64,000 nucleotides of DNA from an uncultured delta proteobacterium (GTDB lineage: Bacteria > Desulfobacterota > Binatia > Binatales > Binataceae), in NCBI GenBank assembly GCA_963724765.1, contig CAVRVY010000001.1:896001-960000 (forward strand). Direction: 5' to 3'. The notes under the pieces are model-generated. The model was not told the DNA's origin and did not search any database. It saw only the letters and a list, made by a program, of their open reading frames with translations. The position numbers and the translations under genes were made by a program. This document shows positions 1 through 9,930 of this stretch, in pieces. How positions within the stretch are numbered: the stretch's first letter is position 1; the number at the start of each line of letters is the position of its first letter.

Positions 1-745
1 CCAGCCAGCGGCCGTCATTGTTGCCGCGGCACAGATGCAGTCCGAAGGTCACGCCGGCCTGGCTGGCGAGCGAGTTGAGGATTTCCACGCCCTCGCCGAG
101 CATCCGTTTCGGATCGATGCCGCGTGCCTCGAAGACCACGCGCCGCACTTCGGGGTCGACTAGGTTGGTCAGCTCGGGCGCGTCGATCTGGATGTACTCG
201 CATCCCAGGCGCGCCAGTTCGGCGATCTCCTCGCGAATCACCGCGGCTCCGTCGGCGAACATCTCGAACGGGTCGCGGTAGGCGGCGACCGACTCCTGCG
301 GCGACCAGAACATCTTGAGCATCATCGGGCTCGGCAGCGTCATCTTGAGCGGCCGCCGCGCGCGTGCGCGCGAGTACACGAACTCCTCGGTCGCGAGCGA
401 ACGGCGCCGGCGCACTTTGCCGGTGACCGCCAGCCCCAGCGTAAGGTTGACCACGTGAGTGTCGTCTTCATGCCAGGGCTGCGTGACCGATGAGCTGCGC
501 GAAAGGCCCTCGGTACACTCCAGCAGCGAGCCGAGGAAACTCATGCGCCGCTGCTCGCCGTCGTTGATGATGTCGAGGCCGGCCGCCTCCTGCAGGGCGA
601 GCGCTTCGTCCACGGCGCGATCCTCGATCCGTTTGTAGTGAGCGGCGGAAATCTCGCCGACGCGCAGTGCGCGCCGTGCGTCGCGCAGATAGGCGGGGCG
701 CAGCAGCGAGCCTATAGGCTGGGAGCGATAGAACCTTCCTCTCAT
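1..745 (-). CDS. Cobalamin-independent methionine synthase II family protein (MetE C-terminal-like), 3' end outside window
   Basis: Manual translation from ATG at 745: MRGRFYRSQPIGSLLRPAYLRDARR...IEDRAVDEALALQEAAGLDIINDGEQRR; GSLLRP and QE.AGLD...DGE.RR are family motifs. Missing from the ORF track because it is truncated. Confidence 0.85.
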   Translation of the reverse strand, partial: MRGRFYRSQPIGSLLRPAYLRDARRALRVGEISAAHYKRIEDRAVDEALALQEAAGLDIINDGEQRRMSFLGSLLECTEGLSRSSSVTQPWHEDDTHVVNLTLGLAVTGKVRRRRSLATEEFVYSRARARRPLKMTLPSPMMLKMFWSPQESVAAYRDPFEMFADGAAVIREEIAELARLGCEYIQIDAPELTNLVDPEVRRVVFEARGIDPKRMLGEGVEILNSLASQAGVTFGLHLCRGNNDGRWL

Positions 746-850
746 CGAAAAAAAACCTCCGTGACGAAGCTCGTCGGGGCGGGCGCCGCGTCCCAAGAGA
801 GCTTTATAGATCGGAAAGGGGAAGCGCACCAACTCGCGGATACTGGAAAC

Positions 851-888
851 AAAAAACGGGGCGGCCCCGTGTGGGGACCGCCCCTTTT
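851..888 (-). terminator. Rho-independent terminator (possibly bidirectional) after the small Zn-ribbon gene
   Basis: GGGGCGGCCCC-gtgt-GGGGACCGCCCC stem flanked by A6 (U-tract on minus strand) and T4. Confidence 0.75.
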
Positions 889-913
889 CGAATCTGGTTC
901 GGCGCCGGGCGCG

Positions 914-1099
914 CTAATGCTTGGTTTCGATCCGCTTGCCGTAGGTCACTTCACCTTTGTCGACTCGCAGGCTGAAGCCGCACTCGGGATTGGTGCAAAC
1001 CCACGCCTTGAAAATCACCGAAGCGCCTTCCTGGCCATAGTCCGAAAGTGGAATCAGAGTGCCATTGTTACACTTCTGGCACTTCGGCAACTCCATCAC
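914..1099 (-). CDS. Small zinc-ribbon-like protein (CxxC...CxxxxC), 60-61 aa
   Basis: CQKC and CTNPEC motifs, strong GGAGG RBS at ~1106-1110, own terminator. Confidence 0.8.
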   Translation of the reverse strand: MMELPKCQKCNNGTLIPLSDYGQEGASVIFKAWVCTNPECGFSLRVDKGEVTYGKRIETKH

Positions 1100-1325
1100 A
1101 CCACACCTCCTGTGCGGCCGGCCAGCTCCCGGCCCGACTCAAAAGCTATCCGACCGAAGAACCTAATTCAACTTGGCCCTTGGCGAGGCAGAGCGCTCGA
1201 TTTTATGCCCTGTATGGACGTTTCGGACGGCCGGATTCGGCGGCCGAAAAGCCCCCGGACAGCCACAAGCAGGGCTGCGCAAGAAAATCCCGGCGATCGC
1301 GCCGGCGTGGTAATATCCGGTTGCC

Positions 1326-2369
1326 ATGGATGCCGCGCAGCCGGCCTTTCTCATTCGCGAAGCCCGCGCCACCGACCATCGCCGTCTGCTGCGGCTGGCG
1401 CGCGAACTCGATTCGATCAACCTGCCCACGGATTCGGCCGAGATGGCCGAGACGCTCGCGCGTTCGGCGAAGTCGTTTCGCGGACGGGTCGCCAACCGTG
1501 CGCGCGCCGTCTATATCTTCTGCGCCGAGGAGACAGCGACCCGAGCGATCGCCGGCGCTTCGATGATCATCGGCCAGCACGGTACGCCACAGAGCCCGCA
1601 CTACTACCTCGAAATCGACAGCGACGAGCGTTACTCCAAGCGGCTGCGCAAAATGTTTCGGCATACCTATCTGCGGCTGCGCCATTCGATGGACGGGCCG
1701 ACCGAAACCGGCGGGCTTATCGTGACGCAGGCGATGCGCCATCGCCCCGAGCGGATCGGCAAGCAGCTTTCGTGGGTGCGCTTCGTTTATATCGGACGTC
1801 ATCTCAAACGCTTCCAGGACCGGGTGATTGCCGAAATGCTGCCGCCAAAGATCGGCGATCATGGCAATATCTTCTGGGACCATTACGGAAGACGGGTTAC
1901 CGGGCTGTCATTTCGCGACGCCGACCGGCTCTCGATCCGCGACAAGGAGTTCATCCCCGCGCTGTTTCCTGACGCGCCGCTCTACACCTTTTTGCTGCCC
2001 GACGAGGTGCGCGCGTCGATCGGAGCCGTGCGCGAGGAGAGCCGCGGCGCAGTCAAACTCCTGGAGCAGGCGGGGATGCAGTTTCTAAACCAGATCGATC
2101 CGTTCGATGGCGGCCCGTATTATGGCGCGCCGACCGCCGAACTGATTCCGGTCAGGCAACGGCGAACGCTCAAATTGAGGATGGGCGAGCCGCCCGCCGA
2201 GCACGCACGCCTGTACGTGGTCGCGCACGAAGACTCGCGCCGGGGCTTTCGCGCGGTGCAGGCGAGCGCGCTGGAAGAGGAGGAAGGACGGTTGGTGGTG
2301 CAGGCGGGCGCGATTGAAGCATTGGGCCTCGCCGAAGGCGCGTCGGTCGAGGCCGTCCCCCTGCCGTGA
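1326..2369 (+). CDS. astA: Arginine N-succinyltransferase family protein
   Basis: LDSINLP, GPTETGGL, IAEM, FW...G..TGLSF.DAD.LS...KEFI..LFP..P.Y..LLP, IDPFDGGP motifs. Confidence 0.88.
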   Translation: MDAAQPAFLIREARATDHRRLLRLARELDSINLPTDSAEMAETLARSAKSFRGRVANRARAVYIFCAEETATRAIAGASMIIGQHGTPQSPHYYLEIDSDERYSKRLRKMFRHTYLRLRHSMDGPTETGGLIVTQAMRHRPERIGKQLSWVRFVYIGRHLKRFQDRVIAEMLPPKIGDHGNIFWDHYGRRVTGLSFRDADRLSIRDKEFIPALFPDAPLYTFLLPDEVRASIGAVREESRGAVKLLEQAGMQFLNQIDPFDGGPYYGAPTAELIPVRQRRTLKLRMGEPPAEHARLYVVAHEDSRRGFRAVQASALEEEEGRLVVQAGAIEALGLAEGASVEAVPLP

Positions 2370-2404
2370 CGTCACGTTTTCAGCGCAAGCGCTATGACCC
2401 CTGC

Positions 2405-3835
2405 TTACAGATCGAGCAGCGCGCGGTAGAAACGCACGGCCGCTTCCACGTCGGAAAGAAAGTTGTACTCGTTGGGCGCGTGGATCACTCCGGTCGACGG
2501 CCCCGGCCCGATCACCACCGGCTCGAGCCCCGCTGCGGCGTAGATTCCCGCCTCGGTGCATCCCGCCTTCACGCCCGAGTTGAGCTCGAGCCCCGCGCGG
2601 GCCAACGCGCTCATCGCAATCTCGACCGTCTCGCTCGCCGCCGCGGCGCGGAAGCCCGGATTGGCGCGCTCGTGGCCGAGCGCCACGGATATGCCCACGG
2701 CGTTGCGCGAGATTTCCTCGACCACTCGCGCGACCCCCGCGCGGACCTCATCCAACGCCAGACCAGGCGGCGGGCGCAACTCGAATTCCAGCGTCACCGA
2801 GCCGGAAGCGGATCGGATAACGCCGGGATTGCAGGTCAGTGTGGGTTGCGCGTAGCCGGGCTCGTCGCCGCCGCTGTTGTTGGCATATTTGCTCAGCGCG
2901 GCGATGAACCGGATCGTCGTGGTCACCACCTCGAGCGGAATGATCTCCGCAACCGGTCCGTCGAAGTTCTCGGCCTCGATCGCACCGCCGATCGGAAGGT
3001 CGAGCGCTGCTTCGGTCGCGACCACGACGTCGCATCGCGCCGGCACCACGTTGACCACGGTGCCGCCCGAGATCGCGGCCAGGTTGAGTTTGGGGTTGAT
3101 CGCGATCGCTTCAAGGGCGACTGCGATCGCGTTGATGCCCAGCGCCGGAGTGCTTGAATGGGCGGCCTTGCCGGCAAACGTGAGCCGCCGCCGCGCCTGC
3201 ATCGTCTCGTCAATCCGCAACGGCGTGAAACCGAGCGTCAGCTCGAACACAATCAAACCCTTGTGTGCGGTGATGACCTCCAGGCGCGAGGGCTCACCCA
3301 CGAAAGCCATCGCTCCCGCCGGCAGGATCGCCGCCTCAACGATTTCCTTCGCCCCGGTAAGGCCATGCTCTTCGCCGAAGCTGCCGACCAGGTAAACGTC
3401 GCGCCGCGGCGTGCCGATCGCGGTTAGCGCGAAGACCTTGGCGGCGAAATCGAGCTTGGTGTCGGCGGCGCCAAGTCCGTAGATTCGGTCGTCGGCGACG
3501 CGCGCGGTGAAAGGGTCGCCGACGCAAGCGGTCCATAGATGCGGCGCGCCGGGCGGAACCGTGTCGAGATGTGTGTTGAGCACAAGCGGCTTTAGCGACG
3601 AGTCGCGGCCGCGGATCGCCGCGACCAGGTTCACCTGCTCGGCGCCCTCGCGGGTCGAGGGGATGAGACGTGCTGCGATTCCCGCCGGCGCAAGCATCTC
3701 GGAGGCGCACAATTGCGCGATCTGCCGCGTGCCCTCAGCCGTGACGCTGCGGCATGCGATCAGCCGCCGGCACCATTCAAGCAGCGCCGTGTCCATCGCT
3801 CCCAACGCGCTCGACGCGTCCCTCGCGATCGCCAC
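2405..3835 (-). CDS. M20 family metallo-amidohydrolase (ArgE/DapE-like)
   Basis: HLDTVP, GLGAADTK, GEE, GEPS, GKAAHSS, HAPNEY metal-binding motifs; start may be at ~3796. Confidence 0.85.
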   Translation of the reverse strand: MAIARDASSALGAMDTALLEWCRRLIACRSVTAEGTRQIAQLCASEMLAPAGIAARLIPSTREGAEQVNLVAAIRGRDSSLKPLVLNTHLDTVPPGAPHLWTACVGDPFTARVADDRIYGLGAADTKLDFAAKVFALTAIGTPRRDVYLVGSFGEEHGLTGAKEIVEAAILPAGAMAFVGEPSRLEVITAHKGLIVFELTLGFTPLRIDETMQARRRLTFAGKAAHSSTPALGINAIAVALEAIAINPKLNLAAISGGTVVNVVPARCDVVVATEAALDLPIGGAIEAENFDGPVAEIIPLEVVTTTIRFIAALSKYANNSGGDEPGYAQPTLTCNPGVIRSASGSVTLEFELRPPPGLALDEVRAGVARVVEEISRNAVGISVALGHERANPGFRAAAASETVEIAMSALARAGLELNSGVKAGCTEAGIYAAAGLEPVVIGPGPSTGVIHAPNEYNFLSDVEAAVRFYRALLDL

Positions 3836-4664
3836 GGCCGGAGCGCTCGGGCGCGCCCGGCTTCACGGCATAATGGATCGCAACCGTGCCGAAGCCAGTC
3901 AGACGATAGCCGACCTCGCCGAGCCCCGCCGCGCGCATGATCGCGGCCATCGTCTCGGCATCGGGATGCGGGCGCAGCGACTGGCCCAGCCATCGGTAGG
4001 CGAAGTAGTGGCCGCTTACCGCGCCGCCCAGAAGCGGAACGATGCGCCCGATGTAAAAGCCGAAGAGTCCATGCAGCGGGCCGCGCGGCGGCGTGAGGTC
4101 GAGACAGGCGAGCCGCCCGCCCGGCTTGAGCACGCGTCCGAGTTCTCCGAAGGCGGCGGGCAGGTCGGTTACGTTGCGCAACATGAAGCCGTTGACGATG
4201 CAATCGAAAGTGTCGTCATGGAACGGAAGGCGCGTGGTGTCGCCGGCGACGAAGGTAATCTTGGCGGCGTCGTCGTCGCGCGCGGCCTTGGCCACCGCCG
4301 CGGTCAGCATGTCGGCGCAGAAATCCGCGCCGACCACGCGGCGCGCGCCCTGGCGTGCGAGTTCGAGCGCGAGATCGCCGGTGCCGGTTGCGATGTCGAG
4401 CGCGAAGGCGCCGGACGGCCGCGTTAGCGCGGCCGTCGCGCGGCGCCATCGCCGGTCCAGTCCCATCGTCATCAGGCGGTTGACGAGGTCGTAGCGCGGC
4501 ACGATGCGCGCGAACATCGCGCGCACGAAAGCGGCCTTGCCAGCGGCGCCGTCGGCGCCGGCGGGCAAGGCCGAGGTTGCGCCAGGCGCGGCCGGGCTCG
4601 CGGCGGAGCGATCGTTGGTGATGGGTGCCGGCGGATTCGTCACGTGGTCACGCGTGGAGCGCAT
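3777..4664 (-). CDS. ubiE: Ubiquinone/menaquinone C-methyltransferase (UbiE/MenG)
   Basis: VRAMFARIVPRYDLVNRLMTMGLDRRWR, LDIATGTGD, LPF.DDTFD, RVLKPGG. Confidence 0.88.
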   Translation of the reverse strand: MRSTRDHVTNPPAPITNDRSAASPAAPGATSALPAGADGAAGKAAFVRAMFARIVPRYDLVNRLMTMGLDRRWRRATAALTRPSGAFALDIATGTGDLALELARQGARRVVGADFCADMLTAAVAKAARDDDAAKITFVAGDTTRLPFHDDTFDCIVNGFMLRNVTDLPAAFGELGRVLKPGGRLACLDLTPPRGPLHGLFGFYIGRIVPLLGGAVSGHYFAYRWLGQSLRPHPDAETMAAIMRAAGLGEVGYRLTGFGTVAIHYAVKPGAPERSGRGDREGRVERVGSDGHGAA

Positions 4665-4798
4665 CAGCGCCGGGGACGCGCGCCGCTTTGCGGCGCGCGT
4701 CCCTGGCGCGATGCTCTAGCTGAGAAGGTAGGCAATTGGCGCTCCGCACTCAACCCGCGCCGCGAGGTAGCTGCGGCGGCCGTCGGCCGCCGCAGCGC

Positions 4799-7558
4799 TC
4801 AGTGCGGGACGCCGTTGACCCGCGTGTCCGCGGGCTCCGGCGCGGTGGATGCGGCCAGTGCGAGCTTGGCCGCGCCCGCGCCGACCAGGACGAGAGTTTC
4901 ATTGATCGCGGCGAGCAGCGTCGCCTTGCGCACGGGCTTGGCGATGTGCGTGTTGCAGCCTGCATCGAACGCGCGGCGGATGTCATCGTCGAGCGTCGAG
5001 GCGGTCAGCGCCAGGATCGGCGTCGCGGGCCGCCGATGCTCAGCTTCCCAGGCGCGGATAGTCCTCACCGCTGTGTAACCGTCCATCACAGGCATCTGGA
5101 TGTCCATCAAGACCAGGTCGTAGCGGCCAGAGATGAATTTCTCGACCGCGACTTTCCCATCTTCGGCGGTTTCGACCTGGTAGGGAAGGCGCCTGAAGTA
5201 GGCTGCGATCAGCAGACGATTGTCCGGCGAATCCTCGACCAGCAGGATACGCAAGGACGGCGTGGCGGCCGCGGGAGTGGCTTGCGCAGGCGTGGGGGGT
5301 GGCAGCGACGATGCGGCCAGAGCGGTGGCCATGTCCTCGCGGCAGACTGGCGCGGGCGTGGCTGCGTGCTTGAGGCTTTGCGCGGCGCGCGAAATTACCT
5401 CGAGCAGGTCCGAGCGGCGCACGGGCTTGAGCAGATGGCTCTGGAAGCCGAGGCGGCGCAAGCGCGCGAGCTTGGAGTTCAGATCGTCGGTGGTCAGCAT
5501 CGGGATAATCATTGCCGCGCCGCAAGCGCATCCGTCCTTTGCCAGATGCTCGATCTGCTCGATTCCTGGCATCTGGCAGTCGCCGAATACCAGGTCGAAT
5601 GGCCGCTTGAAGCGCAGCGCTTCGCCGAGCGCCGCGATTGTCTCCGGTACGGTGGACGCCTGCACGACCGTTGCGCCGTAATGACTGAGCGTCTCAACGA
5701 AGATGCGCCGGTTGGTGGCGTTGCGATCGGCCACCAGGGCGCTCAGGCCGTGCAGGTCATAGGTTGGGGTGGCTTCGCTCACAGAATTGGATACCTCCAG
5801 CGTTGCGGTGAAGTTAAAGGTGCTGCCCTTGCCGAGCGCGCTCTCGACCCAGATCCGCCCGCCCATCAGCGCCACCAGCCGCGACGCGATCGCCAGGCCG
5901 AGCCCGCTGCCGCCATACTTGCGCGTATCGGAGGAATCGCCCTGGGTGAAGTTGGAGAAGATTGCGCCGAGCTGGGCCGCTTCGATTCCAATGCCGTTGT
6001 CGGCGACCGAGAAGCGCAAGACGCCGGGCCTGGTCGCGTCTTGCTCAGCGTTTTCGGCCGTGACCGTCAGCTCGACCGCGCCCAGTTCGGTGAACTTGAT
6101 CGCGTTGCCGATCAGATTCATCAGCACCTGGCGGAGCCTGAGCGGATCGCCCAAACGCTGCGTCGGCATGCCGGGCGCAATCCGCGCCACCAGTTCGAGC
6201 CCCTTGCCGTGAGCGCGCACCGCAAGCGTTTCGACGGTCTTCTCGACCAAGTCGCCGAGGTCGAATTCGACCTCCTCCAATCGCAGCCGGCCATTCTCGA
6301 CCTTGGCCAGATCGAGGATATCGTCGAGCAGGGTGAGCAGCGTGCCGCCGTTGAAACGCATGATGTCGAGGTAGCGGCACTGTTCGGCGTCGAGGCTGGT
6401 TTCCGACAGCGCTTCGGCCATCCCGAGGACCGCGTTCATCGGTGTGCGGATCTCATGCGACATGCTCGAGAGAAACTCGGATTTGGCGCGCGAGGCGATG
6501 AGCGCCTGCTCGCGCGCCTCCACCAGTTCGTCCTGCGTGTGCTTGAGCGCGGTGATGTCGCGCGCCATTACGATCGCGCACAGCTCGCCGTCAAGTTCGA
6601 CGGTCGAGCCCGACAGCAGAAACGGCGCGAGCGTGCCGTTGCTATTTCGTACCTGGACGTCAACGTTGCGCAGGATGCCTTTGGCGCGCAGCTCGCGAAG
6701 AAAGCGCCGGCCGTGCTCTTTGCTTCCCCACACCGCCAGATTGCCGTGCGCAGCCGCGAGCGCATCTGCGCGGCTGTAACCAGTGACCCTGGTGAACTCG
6801 CTGTTGACCTCGACAGTGCGGCCGTCGACCAGGCTGAAGATCGTGATCGCGTCGCTGGTCGACTCGAAGATTTTGCGGAGTTTGGCCTCGCTCTCGGCGC
6901 TCCGCCGCTCGCTCTGCGCCAGCGCCTCGTAGCGCCCGGTGAGGCCGCGGCGATAGAGAGTGGTCAGATGGGCCGCCAACTGGGCAATGGCGACGGCGGT
7001 CAGCATCGCCAGCCAGCGGAAGTAGATGTAGGGATCGTGAACTGATATCAGCGCTTCGTCGATCGCGAATGCGGCCAGCGCAAAAATGTTCAGCGCCGCC
7101 TGCCAGCATTCGCTCCATGGGATGAGGCAGCCGGTTCCGGTCGCAAAAAGCAGCACCACGGTGAACAAGGGAATGTCCTCGTGATGGATAACGTTGATCG
7201 CGGCGGTGCCACCGATCACTGCCCAGCACATCACCAGCACGATTGCGCGCCAATAGCGTGCCGACCGCGGGTTAAAGCTGAGACCGAATGCAAGGCCGAC
7301 AACCCCGACGTTGAGAAGATGCAAAGCAACCGCTGCGGGCCAGTAGTTCGGCGAGTTCAGTTCGTTGAGGAGATACGCGGTCTGAAAGACAAATATCACT
7401 ACCGCACTGACACGGAGCATCAGCGCGCCCCAGTACTCGTTGTTGATCGTCAATAGCTCGGTAAGGCTGGCCGACCGCGTGGCCGGCGCCTCAACCGCCG
7501 CGTGCGTGGCTGGTTCGGAACGCGAGCTTGACCAGAGAATTTCTGCAGCCGATACCAT
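4799..7558 (-). CDS. Membrane-bound hybrid sensor histidine kinase (TM region-PAS-HisKA-HATPase-REC-REC)
   Basis: FLSSMSHEIRTPMN H-box, NLIGNAIKFT, DNGIG, GGSGLGL, two receiver domains (GDCQMPG; LMDIQMPVMDG); open frame extends to 7633. Confidence 0.92.
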   Translation of the reverse strand: MVSAAEILWSSSRSEPATHAAVEAPATRSASLTELLTINNEYWGALMLRVSAVVIFVFQTAYLLNELNSPNYWPAAVALHLLNVGVVGLAFGLSFNPRSARYWRAIVLVMCWAVIGGTAAINVIHHEDIPLFTVVLLFATGTGCLIPWSECWQAALNIFALAAFAIDEALISVHDPYIYFRWLAMLTAVAIAQLAAHLTTLYRRGLTGRYEALAQSERRSAESEAKLRKIFESTSDAITIFSLVDGRTVEVNSEFTRVTGYSRADALAAAHGNLAVWGSKEHGRRFLRELRAKGILRNVDVQVRNSNGTLAPFLLSGSTVELDGELCAIVMARDITALKHTQDELVEAREQALIASRAKSEFLSSMSHEIRTPMNAVLGMAEALSETSLDAEQCRYLDIMRFNGGTLLTLLDDILDLAKVENGRLRLEEVEFDLGDLVEKTVETLAVRAHGKGLELVARIAPGMPTQRLGDPLRLRQVLMNLIGNAIKFTELGAVELTVTAENAEQDATRPGVLRFSVADNGIGIEAAQLGAIFSNFTQGDSSDTRKYGGSGLGLAIASRLVALMGGRIWVESALGKGSTFNFTATLEVSNSVSEATPTYDLHGLSALVADRNATNRRIFVETLSHYGATVVQASTVPETIAALGEALRFKRPFDLVFGDCQMPGIEQIEHLAKDGCACGAAMIIPMLTTDDLNSKLARLRRLGFQSHLLKPVRRSDLLEVISRAAQSLKHAATPAPVCREDMATALAASSLPPPTPAQATPAAATPSLRILLVEDSPDNRLLIAAYFRRLPYQVETAEDGKVAVEKFISGRYDLVLMDIQMPVMDGYTAVRTIRAWEAEHRRPATPILALTASTLDDDIRRAFDAGCNTHIAKPVRKATLLAAINETLVLVGAGAAKLALAASTAPEPADTRVNGVPH

Positions 7559-7737
7559 CCTGATACGCCACGCAGAGCGGTGACAAAGTAAGAGAGAGCA
7601 AAAGCGATGCCCGAAAAACGCGCGGGTAAGCAAAGATTAGACTTGCAGGGGAGAGCGCGATGTCGGCAAATGAGACGGCGCCGTGTCACCAAAGTGACAC
7701 AGCGCTTTGAGCGGCTGTTCCGTGCGCGAATCAGCGC

Positions 7738-8496
7738 TTAAGGCGCGAGCACCAGTTCCTGCCGCGCCGCGTAGCCGTCGATTTCCAGCTCCAGCCCGAT
7801 CACCGGCGGCCGCGCGTAGTGCCATCGGATGCCACGATACGCCGCCGTGCCCAGCGCCGGCAGCAGATCGGTCGCGAACAGCGGATGCATGTCGTGGACG
7901 GTGTACAGGTTCACCGCCGACGCCTCGCTCCATCCAAGCTTCATCTCGCGCAAAAGCCCGCCGAGCGCTTCCAGGATGCAGGCGTTCTTGCGCCGCAATC
8001 CTTCGAGCGAGACGTCGGCGGCCGCGACGACCTCTCTTTTTCCGCCTTCGCGTGAGACCACCTCGGGCACGCCCGCGAGCACGAAGGCCGGCCGCCCGGC
8101 GCCCACCGCCGGTATCGTGTAGCAGAAGCCATAGAGGGACGGCTCGGCGAGCGGGCTTGAGGCCGGCGCGACGTTGGTGCGCGCGACCGGGTTCAATCCG
8201 TCCACCATCACGCCCCAGGCCGCCAGCCGCTCGATATAGCCGCTGTTGAATTCGTCGAACCCGGCGGGCGTAAGCGGTGCGGGGATGCGTAACTCGATAC
8301 CGCATACGGCGTTGATCGGGCGGCTCGCCTCGCGCATGTGGCGCTCGATTAGTCCGTAGCCGTCGGCCAGCCGGACGAGCGGCTTGAAGGTCGCGTGGAC
8401 GATCTCGAATCCGGAGTTGGCCAGTGCGCCTGAGGAAAAAGGCGCGCCATAGCCGCGGACGAATTTGTAATCTCCCCTGGCATTGTCGAGCAGCAT
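7738..8496 (-). CDS. CnbZ-like (2-amino-5-chloromuconate deaminase family) protein
   Basis: GYGAPFSSGA, CGIELRIPAP, FDEFN..Y, NPVARTNVAP, ARPPVIGLELEID resemble the CnbZ family. Confidence 0.7.
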   Translation of the reverse strand: MLLDNARGDYKFVRGYGAPFSSGALANSGFEIVHATFKPLVRLADGYGLIERHMREASRPINAVCGIELRIPAPLTPAGFDEFNSGYIERLAAWGVMVDGLNPVARTNVAPASSPLAEPSLYGFCYTIPAVGAGRPAFVLAGVPEVVSREGGKREVVAAADVSLEGLRRKNACILEALGGLLREMKLGWSEASAVNLYTVHDMHPLFATDLLPALGTAAYRGIRWHYARPPVIGLELEIDGYAARQELVLAP

Positions 8497-8727
8497 AGGT
8501 CGCGTTCCTCCCGCGCGGCCATTATGGCGCGCCGGCGGCGCCGGAGTGAAACGCTATAGCGTCATTTTTCGGCCTTTTCCGTCTCGATGCGGACAACTCG
8601 CGAAACTGGCCATCTGGAAAAACAGGGGCCGACTGCGCTACACAGAAGAAGGGTCTCCGCAGATCGTGACGGCACTGCGGCCGTACACGGACAAAGCCGG
8701 CGACCGACACCACATTAGGAGAATGCC

Positions 8728-9849
8728 ATGCACGTAGGCTACGGAGCAGCTTTCCAAAATCCCAACAACGCGCATTCCGACGCCGAGGTTTACCGCAACG
8801 AACTGCGGTTTGCCGAGATGGCCGAGCCACTCGGATTCGACTCGGTCTGGTCGGTCGAGCATCACTTCGACGATTACACGATGTGCCCCGACGTGTTGCA
8901 GTTCCTGTCGTACATGGCGGGCAAGACCAGGCACGTGAAGCTCGGTTCGATGGTGGTCGTGCTGCCCTGGCACGATCCGATTCGGGTCGCCGAGCAGGCC
9001 TCACTGCTCGATCATCTCTCCAACGGGCGCTTCATCCTGGGCCTCGGCCGCGGGCTTGCGCGAATCGAGTACGAGGGCTTCCGTCTCGATCAGAACGAGG
9101 GCCGCAATCTTTTCGTCGAGTATGCCGAATTGGTGCTCAACGCGCTGGAGAAGGGCTTCATGGAGGGCGGTCGTCATACCAATCAGCCCCGGCGCGACAT
9201 CCGGCCCTTTCCGGCCCGTTCGTTCCGCGGCCGTAGCTATGCCGCGGCGGTCTCGCCCGAGTCGATGCCGATCATGGCGAAGCTGGGCGTCGGCGTGCTG
9301 GTGATTCCGCAGAAGCCGTGGGACGCGGTCAAGAAGGATTTCGAGATCTACCACAAGGTCTGGCGCGAGGTTAACGGCACCGAGCCGCCGCCGCCGCTTT
9401 CGGGCGGGTTCATCTTCGTCGACGAGGACCGCAGCCGCGCGCAAGAGATGGGGATGAAGTACATCACCGACTACTACCACACGGCGATGAAGCACTATGA
9501 GATGACCTCGGAGAAGTTCGGACAGAACAAGAGCTACGAGTTCTATAGCGGAGTCAGCAAATATATCGCGCGCCACGGGATGGATAACGCGGCCAAGGAC
9601 TTCGCCTCGCTGATGCCTTTCGGGACGCCGGCCGAAGTGCTTGAGAAACTCAAGTTCATGCAGGAGACGATCGACAACAACGGCATCCTGGGCAACTTCA
9701 GCTACGCCGGGATGCCGTTCGACGAAGCCGAGCGCAACATCAAGTGCTTCGCCAAGCACGTGCTGCCGGAGCTCAAGAAATGGAAGACCGCGCCGCTGCC
9801 GGAGCCGGCGGAACTCAAGTTGCCGGCGGAGCCGGCCCGCGCCGCCTAG
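8728..9849 (+). CDS. LLM-class flavin-dependent oxidoreductase (luciferase-like monooxygenase)
   Basis: AEPLGFDSVWSVEHHF, LPWHDPIRVAEQ..LLDHLSNGRFILGLGRG. Confidence 0.92.
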   Translation: MHVGYGAAFQNPNNAHSDAEVYRNELRFAEMAEPLGFDSVWSVEHHFDDYTMCPDVLQFLSYMAGKTRHVKLGSMVVVLPWHDPIRVAEQASLLDHLSNGRFILGLGRGLARIEYEGFRLDQNEGRNLFVEYAELVLNALEKGFMEGGRHTNQPRRDIRPFPARSFRGRSYAAAVSPESMPIMAKLGVGVLVIPQKPWDAVKKDFEIYHKVWREVNGTEPPPPLSGGFIFVDEDRSRAQEMGMKYITDYYHTAMKHYEMTSEKFGQNKSYEFYSGVSKYIARHGMDNAAKDFASLMPFGTPAEVLEKLKFMQETIDNNGILGNFSYAGMPFDEAERNIKCFAKHVLPELKKWKTAPLPEPAELKLPAEPARAA

Positions 9850-9877
9850 ACCGCCGCGAAACTCATCTTTGATCTGG

Positions 9878-9916
9878 AGGGGGGGCGATTTATCGAATCG
9901 TTCCCTTTTCTTTTTA
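9878..9916 (+). terminator. Rho-independent terminator
   Basis: GGGGCGATT-tatcg-AATCGTTCCC stem followed by T-tract, between convergent genes. Confidence 0.6.
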
Positions 9917-9930
9917 TGCCGCCGCGCGAT

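Noticed and set aside
638-1972. 444-aa plus-strand ORF overlapping the Zn-ribbon gene and astA
   Set aside because: No family motifs; crosses a terminator and two better-supported genes; typical high-GC shadow frame.
4736-7045. 769-aa ORF antisense to the histidine kinase
   Set aside because: Antisense shadow produced by GC-rich codon bias; no motifs.
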